A stretch of DNA of 59,337 bases. Origin: an uncultured archaeon (GTDB taxonomy: Archaea > Nanobdellota > Nanobdellia > Pacearchaeales > GW2011-AR1). Made by a program: the position numbers and the translations under genes. Within the stretch, counting starts at the first letter, position 1, and each line of letters opens with the position of its first letter. The stretch covers positions 1 to 59,337 of the forward strand of contig CBDUAR010000001.1 in assembly GCA_965365175.1 (NCBI GenBank). Reading direction: 5' to 3'. The notes below the pieces were generated by a model, which made no database searches, was not told where the DNA came from, and saw only the letters and a list, made by a program, of their open reading frames with translations. Positions 36,450 to 45,148 of this stretch are shown piece after piece.

Positions 36450-37006
36450 CCAAACATATCCATCGCCAATTTAATTCTAGTTTTAGCATCCATTGTCCTT
36501 GCAACAGGAACGTCGGGAATACCTGTCTTACCTGCATAATCTGCTAGCTCAAACATCGTAATTCCTAATAGTTCTGCGGTTTGTTCCATCGAAACACCAT
36601 GTTCATATAATCTTGAAGCTTTGTTAATACTGGCTTTTCTAAAAACTTCTTGGATATATCTCTTCAACTTTCCAGATAATTTGTTAATAGATTTTCTAAT
36701 CATCTCAAAATCTTTTCTGAATCCTTTCTCATCATCCTTTTCGATATCTTTTATAGATTCATCTAAAAAAACAGCAACATTTCTATAAAATGTATTCCAA
36801 CCCCTTAGCGATTGATAACAACTTCTTTCTAGAATCTTACCAATAGAATAAACAATAACGGCAACCATAATATTATCTGGATCCTGGGTTAATGAAGCAG
36901 TATTAGTCGTCTGATTACTCAATAGTTTAATTTTAGTAGCATCACACTTTTTCATAGCTTCTTTTGTCTCTTTCAGAATTCTCAAAACATTCTCACGCTC
37001 TTTCAT
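36446..37006 (-). CDS. hypothetical protein with a C-terminal HTH
   Basis: SMEQTAELLGITMFELADYAGKTG is an HTH-like segment; coupled to the PIN-like gene. Confidence 0.4.
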   Translation of the reverse strand: MKERENVLRILKETKEAMKKCDATKIKLLSNQTTNTASLTQDPDNIMVAVIVYSIGKILERSCYQSLRGWNTFYRNVAVFLDESIKDIEKDDEKGFRKDFEMIRKSINKLSGKLKRYIQEVFRKASINKASRLYEHGVSMEQTAELLGITMFELADYAGKTGIPDVPVARTMDAKTRIKLAMDMFG

Positions 37007-37056
37007 AAATTAATTAAGAAAAAAGATTATTTAAACCTTAATATATTCAATAAAAT

Positions 37057-37428
37057 ATGAAACAAGTGGTATTAGATACAAGTTTTATTTTAACTGCAAT
37101 AAAAAATAGAATAGATTTCATAGAAGGAATAACTTTCTTAGGTTTAACTCCAACAGTTCCAATACAAGTAATCTATGAATTGAAAAATATTGTAGAATCA
37201 AGTAAGAAATTAAAGTTTAGAGATGATGCAATATTAGGATTAAAGATTCTTTCAAGAAAAAAAGTAAAAAAGATTGACCTAAAAAATTATTATGTAGATA
37301 ATGGATTGATTAGTTATGCTAAAGGTAATAAGTCAGCAATTATCGCAACAATGGACAAAGAACTCAAATCTAAGATACCAAATCAAAAATTAGTTATTAG
37401 AGCCAAAAAACGGCTAGAATTGATTTAA
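37057..37428 (+). CDS. PIN-domain protein of the Fcf1/Utp24-like archaeal group
   Basis: VVLDTSFIL ... IATMDKEL; conserved position upstream of rpoE'. Confidence 0.65.
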   Translation: MKQVVLDTSFILTAIKNRIDFIEGITFLGLTPTVPIQVIYELKNIVESSKKLKFRDDAILGLKILSRKKVKKIDLKNYYVDNGLISYAKGNKSAIIATMDKELKSKIPNQKLVIRAKKRLELI

Positions 37429-37473
37429 TGATAAGCTTTAAAAACCAATTTTTACTCTATTTTTTAATACAAA

Positions 37474-38070
37474 ATGTTCTATTTAACAGAAGTTGAAGAC
37501 TATGTAAGAGTAGACCCAAAGTTGTTTGGTTTACCGACAGGTGAAGCAGTTGAAAAGCAACTTAGAGAAACTTACGCAAATTATTATGATAAAGAATTAG
37601 GAAAGGTAGTTGCAGTTATAGAGATTATGAATGTTGGTGAAGGAGTTATTATTCCAGGAGACGGAGCTGCATACTATAGTTCAAAGTTCAAAATCTTAGC
37701 TTGGAAACCAGAACTTCAAGAATTAGTTCACGGAGTGATTTCAGAGATCACAACATTCGGTGCTTTCATTGATATGGGAATGATGAGAGGAATGATTCAT
37801 ATTAGTCAAACAATGGATGATTATGTAAGTTTCAATAAAGCAAACTCTTTAACTGGTAAAGCTTCAAAAAGAACCTTGAAGTCAGGAGATCAATGCATTG
37901 CTAGAGTTGTAGCAGTTAGTCACAAAGGTAATGAACCAAAGATTGGTTTAACAATGAGACAACCCGGATTAGGAAAAATTGAATGGGTTAAAGAAGATCA
38001 AGCTAAAAAATTAAAAGATGCAGCAAAGGCATTAAAAGCTGAAGAAAAAGCTGCAAAAGGTAAAAAATGA
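37474..38070 (+). CDS. rpoE: RNA polymerase subunit E' (Rpo7), S1 domain
   Basis: N-terminal Rpb7-like fold followed by the S1 motif GVISEITTFGAFIDMG. Confidence 0.88.
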   Translation: MFYLTEVEDYVRVDPKLFGLPTGEAVEKQLRETYANYYDKELGKVVAVIEIMNVGEGVIIPGDGAAYYSSKFKILAWKPELQELVHGVISEITTFGAFIDMGMMRGMIHISQTMDDYVSFNKANSLTGKASKRTLKSGDQCIARVVAVSHKGNEPKIGLTMRQPGLGKIEWVKEDQAKKLKDAAKALKAEEKAAKGKK

Positions 38071-38258
38071 GCAAACCAAAAGCATGTAAAATATGTAACA
38101 CAATCGTTGAGCATGGAGAGAAGTGTCCTAAATGTGATTCTAAAGAATTAACTGAAGGATTCAAGGGAAGGATAGTTGTTCTAAATCCAGAAAAATCTGA
38201 AATAGCTCCAAAATTAAATCTAAAAGACAAGGGTAACTTTGCTATTAAGACAAGATAA
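38067..38258 (+). CDS. spt4: Spt4 / RNA polymerase subunit E''
   Basis: Zn ribbon CKIC...CPKC, then GRIVVLNPEKSEIA. Confidence 0.85.
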   Translation: MSKPKACKICNTIVEHGEKCPKCDSKELTEGFKGRIVVLNPEKSEIAPKLNLKDKGNFAIKTR

Positions 38259-38259
38259 A

Positions 38260-38730
38260 ATGGAACTTAAAATTCTTAAAGAGAGTCAAAATCCTTTATT
38301 TAATAGAAAGGAAGTTTTTGCGTCTGTAGAAGCAAAAGTTAGTCCAACTAATGAGGAGGTATTAACTGCTTTATCTAAAAAATATTCTGTAGAAAAAAAT
38401 GCAATAAGAGTAAATGGAATTCATGGTAGTTTTGGATCACCAGAATTCACAATAACTGCAAACGTTTATCCTTCAAATGAAGAAAGAGACAATGTTGAAA
38501 AATTAACTAAAAAAGAAAAGGAAACTGAAAAGAAAGCAGCTGAAGAAGCAGCTAAACCTGTTGAAGAAGAAAAGCCAGCTGAACCTTCTGAGACACCTAG
38601 TGCAGAACCAATTCCAGCAGTAGAAGAAACTGGAAGCAATCCTGTTCAAGAAGCTAAAGAAGCCGAAGTTGAAAAAGCTGAAGAAGATAAAAAAGAAAAA
38701 GACAAAACTCCTGAGGAAAAACAAGCTTAA
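38260..38730 (+). CDS. rps24e: 30S ribosomal protein S24e with an acidic/Lys low-complexity C-terminal extension of about 60 aa
   Basis: MELKILKESQNPLFNRKEV...; TAAAATG junction with spt4. Confidence 0.85.
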   Translation: MELKILKESQNPLFNRKEVFASVEAKVSPTNEEVLTALSKKYSVEKNAIRVNGIHGSFGSPEFTITANVYPSNEERDNVEKLTKKEKETEKKAAEEAAKPVEEEKPAEPSETPSAEPIPAVEETGSNPVQEAKEAEVEKAEEDKKEKDKTPEEKQA

Positions 38731-38735
38731 TAAAA

Positions 38736-38987
38736 ATGGCAAAAAAAGAATCAAAAGGAAAAAAAGCAAAGAAGAATAAAAAAACTAGTAAGAAATATTC
38801 TAAGTATAAAATAGAAGGCGACAAAGTTACTAGACATAGATCTTGTCCTAGATGTGGTCCAGGTATTTTTTTAATGGACGCTAAGACTAGAAAGTATTGT
38901 GGTAAATGTCATTACGCTGAATTCGAAACTCAAGGAGATAAGAAAGAAGAAAAGAAAGAAGCTCCTAAAGAAGAGAAGAAAGAATAA
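38736..38987 (+). CDS. rps27ae: 30S ribosomal protein S27ae
   Basis: Zn ribbon CPRCGPGIFL...CGKCHY; Lys-rich N-terminus. Confidence 0.85.
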   Translation: MAKKESKGKKAKKNKKTSKKYSKYKIEGDKVTRHRSCPRCGPGIFLMDAKTRKYCGKCHYAEFETQGDKKEEKKEAPKEEKKE

Positions 38988-39254
38988 TTATTCTTGGTTT
39001 ATCAAAAATGTTGGACATTGCTTATAATTAGAATAGCCACAAAATGATTTAATGGTCTGTCTTAAATTTCTTTGAGCCTCTTTGGCCTTTTCTGCTCGTT
39101 CAGATCCTTCTCTAAATGAACATCCTTCCACAATAATTTTTGTCAATCCAGCAATAAATTCACACTGATTTTCATGTTTTTCGTAATAGGGGCAAATAGT
39201 GGGAGTTTTTTCTTCTCTCTTTTCTAAATTTTTTGGAGTTATTCGTGGAAACAT
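38988..39254 (-). CDS. hypothetical Cys-rich protein
   Basis: 88-aa ORF with six Cys (ICPYYEKHENQCEF, EGCSF, FCGY, KQCP). Confidence 0.4.
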   Translation of the reverse strand: MFPRITPKNLEKREEKTPTICPYYEKHENQCEFIAGLTKIIVEGCSFREGSERAEKAKEAQRNLRQTIKSFCGYSNYKQCPTFLINQE

Positions 39255-39587
39255 TTTGTTATATAATTTGAATATTAATTGGGCAAAACTCTATCATTTT
39301 ACTAAGCCCACACATCACTTTTTAATTAATGATTATAAAACCCTAAGAGAGTTTTCAAGTCAAACAAATAGTACGACCTGAACGCTCTCCTGGGCAAAAA
39401 GAGGTGATATAATATAGAGGTTGCATCACTATATAAATGTTTTGGTTCTGTTACTTCTGAAGAATGACAAGACTTAGTCAACATAAAGTGACAATGAACA
39501 TTTTTAAAGGAATTATCTCCTTTAGTAACTACATATATCTATTAGTCACTACATCATTTTTATAAACCCCTTTTCATATAGAGAAAT

Positions 39588-40469
39588 ATGGAAGAGGATA
39601 AGAATTCTGTAAAACAAGAGCAAATTCACGACCTTTTATTTAGTCGGGAGATTGGATGGCAAGAAATTATTTATGATTTAATTAATACTGAGCAATTAAA
39701 CCCGTGGGATATCAATGTTTCAATACTAACAGAAAAATATCTAATAAAAATACAAGAATTAGAAGAAGCAGATTTCTTTATTTCGAGCAAAGTACTTCTA
39801 GCTGCATCGCTTCTAATAAGAATCAAATCAGAAATTTTACTTAACAGATACATAAAGAGCATAGATGATATTTTATTCGGTAAGAAAGAAGAAAAAACTT
39901 ACAAGATGGAAAGAATAGAATTGGACGAAGAAATTCCAGAACTTATTCCTAGATCTCCAATTCCAAGATTTAAGAAAGTAACCTTAAAAGAATTAATAGA
40001 ATCATTAAACAAAGCAATATCAACTGAAAATAGAAGAATAAAGAAGGAAATAATAAACAGAAATGCACTAAGAGAAACTTCTATTTCATTACCAAAAAAG
40101 AGATTTAGTATTAAAGATAAAATAAAGGAAATTTTTACAAGATTGACTTCTCACTTTACAACAAACAAAGGCCACAAAAAAATAACTTTTACAGAATTCA
40201 TCGGAAAAGATAGAGACGAAAGAATAATTTCATTCTACCCATTATTACAATTAGAAAATCAAAAGAAAGTTTGGTTAGACCAACCAGAGCATTTTGAAGA
40301 AATTGATATATGGTTAAAGAAAGTTTATCTAAAACATAACCCTGATCCTTTTGCAGATCTCAAAAAAGAATTAGAAGAAGAAATGAATAAATTGGATGAA
40401 CCAAAAAGAAAACGTATAAAAGAAATTAACAAAGATTTTGAAAATCCAATCGGTGACGAGTTTGAATGA
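39588..40469 (+). CDS. scpA: segregation and condensation protein A (kleisin)
   Basis: LNPWDINVSILTEKYL...ADFFISSKVLLAASLLIRIKSEILL is typical of ScpA. Confidence 0.8.
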   Translation: MEEDKNSVKQEQIHDLLFSREIGWQEIIYDLINTEQLNPWDINVSILTEKYLIKIQELEEADFFISSKVLLAASLLIRIKSEILLNRYIKSIDDILFGKKEEKTYKMERIELDEEIPELIPRSPIPRFKKVTLKELIESLNKAISTENRRIKKEIINRNALRETSISLPKKRFSIKDKIKEIFTRLTSHFTTNKGHKKITFTEFIGKDRDERIISFYPLLQLENQKKVWLDQPEHFEEIDIWLKKVYLKHNPDPFADLKKELEEEMNKLDEPKRKRIKEINKDFENPIGDEFE

Positions 40470-40489
40470 ACATAGTCTTCAGAACATAA

Positions 40490-40789
40490 TTAATTTCTAT
40501 TTGAAATTGGAATATCATTAAGCAAAGTTGAGTGAGTCTTACCATATTCCCCATAAAACTTTTCTTCGATCCTTAAATATTCTTTATTCATCCTATCTGC
40601 TGTTTCCGGATCAATTAATCCTCTCTCTAAATAAATAAGCATTCTTCTACTCTGGTTAGCAATATTCTCTGTCATCGCTTGCGCCGATGCAGAACTAGTA
40701 TCTCCCGATTCTAATATTTTTTTGGCTTCTTTGAGACCTCTCTCTAAGATTGAAACTGCTCTTTCTCTTGCGGGTTTAGTTTTTGCCAT
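40490..40789 (-). CDS. hypothetical protein
   Basis: 99-aa helical ORF; no motif recognised. Confidence 0.35.
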   Translation of the reverse strand: MAKTKPARERAVSILERGLKEAKKILESGDTSSASAQAMTENIANQSRRMLIYLERGLIDPETADRMNKEYLRIEEKFYGEYGKTHSTLLNDIPISNRN

Positions 40790-40849
40790 AAAATCCCCAC
40801 TAATTTACCCTTTTTAAAGATTTATATACCTCTCAAATTAATTATTTTT

Positions 40850-41512
40850 ATGAAAACTGCAGTGTTATTTTCAGGTGGAAAGGATTCATGCTTCTCAGCA
40901 TACTTAGCGAAGCAACAAGGAAATGAATTGATTTGTTTAATAACAATGCACTCCGAAAACCCTGATTCTTATATGTTCCATACGCCAAGCATAGAAAAAA
41001 CAAAAGCTCAAGCAGATACAATGGAATTACCTCTAATAGTTCACACAACAAAAGGAGAAAAAGAAAAAGAACTAGTTGATTTGGAAGATGCAATTAAGAA
41101 AGCAATAGATCAATATCAAGTTGAAGCCTTGGTAACAGGAGCATTGCATAGTGAATATCAAGCTTCTAGAATACAAAAGATATGCGATAAATTAAATATT
41201 AAATGCATTAATCCATTATGGCACAAAGATGAAAAGCAATACTTGCAAGAATTAATTGATAACAAATTCAAGGTTACGATTATTGGGGTTGCTGCTTACC
41301 CTTTAGATCAAACTTGGTTAGGAAGAATAATCGATGAGCAATTCATTAAGGAAGTTACTGAATTAAAAGTTAAAATTCATGTTGCAGGCGAAGGTGGAGA
41401 ATTTGAAACCTTTGTATTAGATTGCCCCTTATTCAAAAAACCTCTAGAAGTAAAAGACTTTAAAGATTCTGGAAAAGATAATGCCTGGAGAAGAGAAATA
41501 GAAGTTATTTAA
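40850..41512 (+). CDS. PP-loop ATP-binding protein of the MJ0570/Dph6 family (diphthine-ammonia ligase-like)
   Basis: VLFSGGKDS, GALHSEYQ, AGEGGEFETFVLDCP. Confidence 0.8.
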   Translation: MKTAVLFSGGKDSCFSAYLAKQQGNELICLITMHSENPDSYMFHTPSIEKTKAQADTMELPLIVHTTKGEKEKELVDLEDAIKKAIDQYQVEALVTGALHSEYQASRIQKICDKLNIKCINPLWHKDEKQYLQELIDNKFKVTIIGVAAYPLDQTWLGRIIDEQFIKEVTELKVKIHVAGEGGEFETFVLDCPLFKKPLEVKDFKDSGKDNAWRREIEVI

Positions 41513-42647
41513 TTTTAACTTTAGTTAAAACCAATTTTTTCTGCTTACCTGTTTTCATATCTTTAACCATAAATACTTTTTTCTTGACTTCTTTCTTACC
41601 AACAAATACCACTTTATTATACCTATACGAGTTAGCATAATTCAAAGCTTTAGAGGGTTTACCATAAAATACTGAAACAATTTTACCCTGAATTCTCAAC
41701 TTTTGTGCAAGATCAACAGATTTCTTATCTTCATTAAGAGATACAATCAATATCTTGTCTCTACTATCTTTTATTCTAGCTAAACTCAATAGTCTATCTA
41801 ATCCAAATGAGATTCCAGTAGATTGAACTCCTTCAAACATATAACTACCTCCTGCGGTAATTGTTTCTTTTGTTCCGGGAGATTTTATTTCAAAAACAGT
41901 TCCATTATAGTAACTTAATCCTCTCATCAAAGTAGGCGAAAATTCTGCCTTAACTTTATAATAATTCAAATATTTTTTTAATTCTTTAATCTCAGAATAA
42001 GCATCATACTTTTCAAAATAACTTTCAGGTTTCTTAAAGATAGTTAAAATCTTTTCATCTTTTCCTAGATTATTCTTAATCTCTTTCTCAGGAATCTTAT
42101 CTAATTTATCCAATTCTCTCATAACTTTATCTTTATCCTTAATACCTTCTTTTTCAAGAATTTCATTAACCAACTTTCTATTATTAAAGTAAAGAACATA
42201 TTTAATACCAAGATTTCCTAGGATATTTTTAGCCAAAGACATAACCTCTGCTTCATCCTTGATATCAGAACCAACAACATCAGCATCAGCCTGAAAGAAC
42301 TGTCTAAATCTATTTGCACTAATGGGTTCATCTCTAAATACTGGGCCTATTTGGTATCTCTTGAAGGGTAATTTTTGATTATTCATAAGTCTCTTTAACT
42401 GAAATGTAAATTCATATCTTAGTGCAAGCTTTCTTTCACCTTTATCTTGTAGTTTAAAGATATCCGAAACAGCTTCATCCTTCTCATTATCTCCTTTTAC
42501 AAAATCTTCATACTCTATAATAGGAGTCTCAATTGGAAGAAAGCCATATCTCTCAAATAAATTTGCGACAACTCTCTTTATTGCTTCTTTCTTCTGAGCA
42601 TCTTCGCCAGTAATATCCTTAAATCCTTTTACTGTTTCTGTGTTCAT
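41505..42647 (-). CDS. hisS: histidyl-tRNA synthetase
   Basis: Class II motifs (FRDEP, GGSY..GISFGLDR) and an anticodon-binding tail; start set at MNTETVKGFKD (42647) because the longer ORF runs into tRNA-His. Confidence 0.9.
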   Translation of the reverse strand: MNTETVKGFKDITGEDAQKKEAIKRVVANLFERYGFLPIETPIIEYEDFVKGDNEKDEAVSDIFKLQDKGERKLALRYEFTFQLKRLMNNQKLPFKRYQIGPVFRDEPISANRFRQFFQADADVVGSDIKDEAEVMSLAKNILGNLGIKYVLYFNNRKLVNEILEKEGIKDKDKVMRELDKLDKIPEKEIKNNLGKDEKILTIFKKPESYFEKYDAYSEIKELKKYLNYYKVKAEFSPTLMRGLSYYNGTVFEIKSPGTKETITAGGSYMFEGVQSTGISFGLDRLLSLARIKDSRDKILIVSLNEDKKSVDLAQKLRIQGKIVSVFYGKPSKALNYANSYRYNKVVFVGKKEVKKKVFMVKDMKTGKQKKLVLTKVKIK

Positions 42648-42663
42648 TTTCTCTTTTTTGAAG

Positions 42664-42736
42664 GGCGGAAGGAGGGAATCGAACCCTCGTTTCCCGGACC
42701 ACAACCAGACGTAATAGCCACTATACGACAACCGCC
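42664..42736 (-). tRNA. tRNA-His (anticodon GUG) with a genome-encoded G-1
   Basis: Manual fold: G-1 opposite C73, anticodon stem UCUGG/CCGGG with loop UUGUGGU, T arm GAGGG-UUCGAUU-CCCUC; acceptor GCGGUUG/CUUCCGC contains two U-U oppositions. Confidence 0.7.
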
Positions 42737-42892
42737 ATTATTTAATTGAGTTGAAATAGGTATAAAAAAGTTCTGATAAGCACAGCTAGAAAAATTATTG
42801 CCCTTACGCGTGATGGGGACAACCCCAAATTTTAGCTGTCATAGATTTGGAGGAGTAACAGAATTTTTAAACTTAACTATTTTCATTAATTT

Positions 42893-44059
42893 ATGAAATA
42901 CGAACTATTGGCCCCAGTAGGAGATTTTCCAATGTTAGTAGCTGCTATAAGTGCCGGAGCAGATGCAGTCTACTTTGGATTACAAGAATTTTCTATGAGA
43001 TACGGTTCAAAGAACTTCACAATAAAGGATCTTGACAAAATAAAAAAAATATGTGGAAAGGTAAAGAAATACTTAACTCTAAACACAATAATTTATGATG
43101 AAGAACTAACAAAATTGGAAAAATTAATCAAAAAAATAAAAGGGAAGGTAGATGCAGTGATATGTTGGGATCTATCAGTAATCCAATTATGCAAAAAACA
43201 TAAAATTCCTTTTCATATTTCAACTCAAGCTTCAGTTTCAAATGCAAAAGCAGCAGAGTTTTATAAAAAATTAGGAGCTAAAAAAGTAGTCCTTGCAAGA
43301 GAACTAAATCTCAAACAAATAAAGAAAATATCTAAGGTTTTACCTGTTGAAACTTTCGCTCACGGAGCAATGTGTGTCTCAGTTTCAGGAAGATGTTTTA
43401 CTTCACAATTTTTATTTGGAAAATCCGCAAATAGGGGACAATGCTTACATCCTTGTAGGAGAAGTTACATAGTAAAAGATAAACAAGAAGGATATGAATT
43501 AGAATTAAAAAATGATAAGGTAATGTCTGCAAAAGATCTATGCACTCTTCCATTTTTAGACAAAATGAAGAAAGCAGGAATAACAAGTTTCAAAATTGAG
43601 GGCCGTAATAGAGATCCAAGATATGTGGATGCAGTGGTTAGAGCATATAGAAAAGCCTTAGATAAAAAATTATCAGAAGAAGAGCTTGAATCAGAAATTG
43701 AAAAACTAAAGAACGTTTACAATAGAGAATTCTCTTCAGGATTTTATTTAAAACTTCCAACTTCAGATGATTTTGCAACTGTAGAACACAGTGCTTCAAA
43801 AGAATACAAACATTTTGTAGGAAAAGTTACTCACTATTTTGATAAAATTGGAGTTGCAACGGTAAAGCTAGTTTCAGATTTAAAAACCGGAGATAAGATA
43901 GCAGTAATAGGAAAGACAACGGGATTAATTTATTCAGATATAGATTCTTTAGAGATAAAAAACAAATCAATTTCAAAAGGAAAAAAAGGCGATGAAGTAG
44001 GAATTAAGATTCAAAGAGTTAGAAAGAATGATGAAGTTTACGTTATCAAAACTAGATAG
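42893..44059 (+). CDS. peptidase U32 family protein
   Basis: MKYELLAPVGDFPMLVAAISAGADAVYFG is a U32 N-terminal signature; 388 aa. Confidence 0.8.
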   Translation: MKYELLAPVGDFPMLVAAISAGADAVYFGLQEFSMRYGSKNFTIKDLDKIKKICGKVKKYLTLNTIIYDEELTKLEKLIKKIKGKVDAVICWDLSVIQLCKKHKIPFHISTQASVSNAKAAEFYKKLGAKKVVLARELNLKQIKKISKVLPVETFAHGAMCVSVSGRCFTSQFLFGKSANRGQCLHPCRRSYIVKDKQEGYELELKNDKVMSAKDLCTLPFLDKMKKAGITSFKIEGRNRDPRYVDAVVRAYRKALDKKLSEEELESEIEKLKNVYNREFSSGFYLKLPTSDDFATVEHSASKEYKHFVGKVTHYFDKIGVATVKLVSDLKTGDKIAVIGKTTGLIYSDIDSLEIKNKSISKGKKGDEVGIKIQRVRKNDEVYVIKTR

Positions 44060-44282
44060 TTAAATCTCCGTGATCAATTAGCATCCTAATAATTCTATGC
44101 CCAGTAACTTCCCTGCTCCTATCTCCTCTTTTAAATTGAGCTTCTCTCATTAAAGCCTCATGATAATCTGGGCAAATTGGTTCGCCTTTGTCATACTTCC
44201 TACAGGAATCCTTAATACTAAAGTCTAGTTTTTTCATTCTATTGAAACATTCATAACATCTTTTGTCTTGTTCTCTTGCCAT
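44052..44282 (-). CDS. hypothetical small Cys-containing protein
   Basis: 76-aa ORF (CYEC...C...CPDYH). Confidence 0.35.
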   Translation of the reverse strand: MAREQDKRCYECFNRMKKLDFSIKDSCRKYDKGEPICPDYHEALMREAQFKRGDRSREVTGHRIIRMLIDHGDLTI

Positions 44283-44283
44283 T

Positions 44284-44583
44284 TTAATCTAATCGAGCCC
44301 TCCTTCTAGCAATAACTTCTTCTAAACATGGAGGATTCCCTTCAGACCCAAATTTAATTATCATACCTCCTTTGGGCTTTAATGCTCTTAAATAACCTTC
44401 CTTACCAATATTACCATCTATAAAAGTCCTACATTTTACTTCAACATTATCTGGAAAATCTTTTGGGCAATATGCACAGGTAGGCATACCGCCATATTCT
44501 GTTGTGGTTCCGCCACCCCGATATACCCTTCCGAATACGCATTCTTGTACCATTTTATTGTTTACAACTGAAATAAAAACCAT
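44284..44583 (-). CDS. hypothetical small Cys-containing protein
   Basis: 99-aa ORF, 1 nt upstream of the previous gene. Confidence 0.35.
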   Translation of the reverse strand: MVFISVVNNKMVQECVFGRVYRGGGTTTEYGGMPTCAYCPKDFPDNVEVKCRTFIDGNIGKEGYLRALKPKGGMIIKFGSEGNPPCLEEVIARRRARLD

Positions 44584-44644
44584 TTATAAGACCTTCGGTT
44601 AAGAGTAAAAAATAAGAAATAGTATAAAAATAAAAAAAATAAAT

Positions 44645-45094
44645 TTATGCAATAGTTGCACTTATAATCTGAGAACAGTAGAACAAATCACCTTCAGTCT
44701 TATTGAAATAAACCCTTGCATCAACTCTTATAGGAGTCTCATCCAACTTGTGATCTTCATTACTCTTAGTAGAAGCAGCAGCAATATTACCTTCGATTAA
44801 AACTTCATCCCCAGTCTCACTAGCAGTACTAAAACTTAAAGAAAGACCATCAATAGGAGCTCCAGCAGAACCTACTTTTCTACTCACAGTAAAATTACAT
44901 ACATCTGCATCACAATCCAAATTTTTAATATCAAGACTAATCCCTAAGCATTTTTCTGAATATTCTACCGTTTCAGTTTGGCCTTCAAGCAATCCAGAGA
45001 TAACAGTCCAAACAATACCAACCGCTACAAGAACTAAACCAATCATGATTATAGTCATAACAATAGCAGATAGACCTTTTTTGTTTTTTAACAT
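44645..45094 (-). CDS. archaeal type IV pilin-like protein (class III signal peptide)
   Basis: MLKNKKG/LSAIVMTIIMIGLVLVAVGIVW; AGGAGG lies 8 nt upstream of the ATG at 45094. Confidence 0.65.
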   Translation of the reverse strand: MLKNKKGLSAIVMTIIMIGLVLVAVGIVWTVISGLLEGQTETVEYSEKCLGISLDIKNLDCDADVCNFTVSRKVGSAGAPIDGLSLSFSTASETGDEVLIEGNIAAASTKSNEDHKLDETPIRVDARVYFNKTEGDLFYCSQIISATIA

Positions 45095-45148
45095 TTTTAA
45101 CCTCCTTTCATCCTCCTTTAACATATATAAGTTAGACAATTTGCTTAT

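Noticed and set aside
38503-38769. Antisense low-complexity ORFs opposite plus-strand genes (38503-38769, 43398-43586, 47573-48121, 52482-52718, 53391-53843, 54474-54713, 49848-50090)
   Set aside because: These are mirror images of Glu/Lys-rich coding runs (poly-Phe/Leu/Ser translations), with no independent support.
39255-39587. C/D-box or other sRNA gene, or replication origin, in the 333-nt spacer (also 1684-1881)
   Set aside because: Only degenerate box-like strings (GUGAUAU, GUGAUGC, isolated CUGA) occur, with wrong order and spacing. There is no terminal stem and no nearby orc1/cdc6. The region is better explained as a divergent promoter with operator repeats.
42648-42731. N-terminal 28-codon extension of the hisS ORF (and similar extensions of the S7, S12, trx, copA, iscS, iscU, uppP and pilin ORFs)
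   Set aside because: The hisS extension runs through the tRNA-His gene. In the other cases an internal ATG coincides with the conserved protein N-terminus, an SD, or a stop-start junction with the upstream gene.
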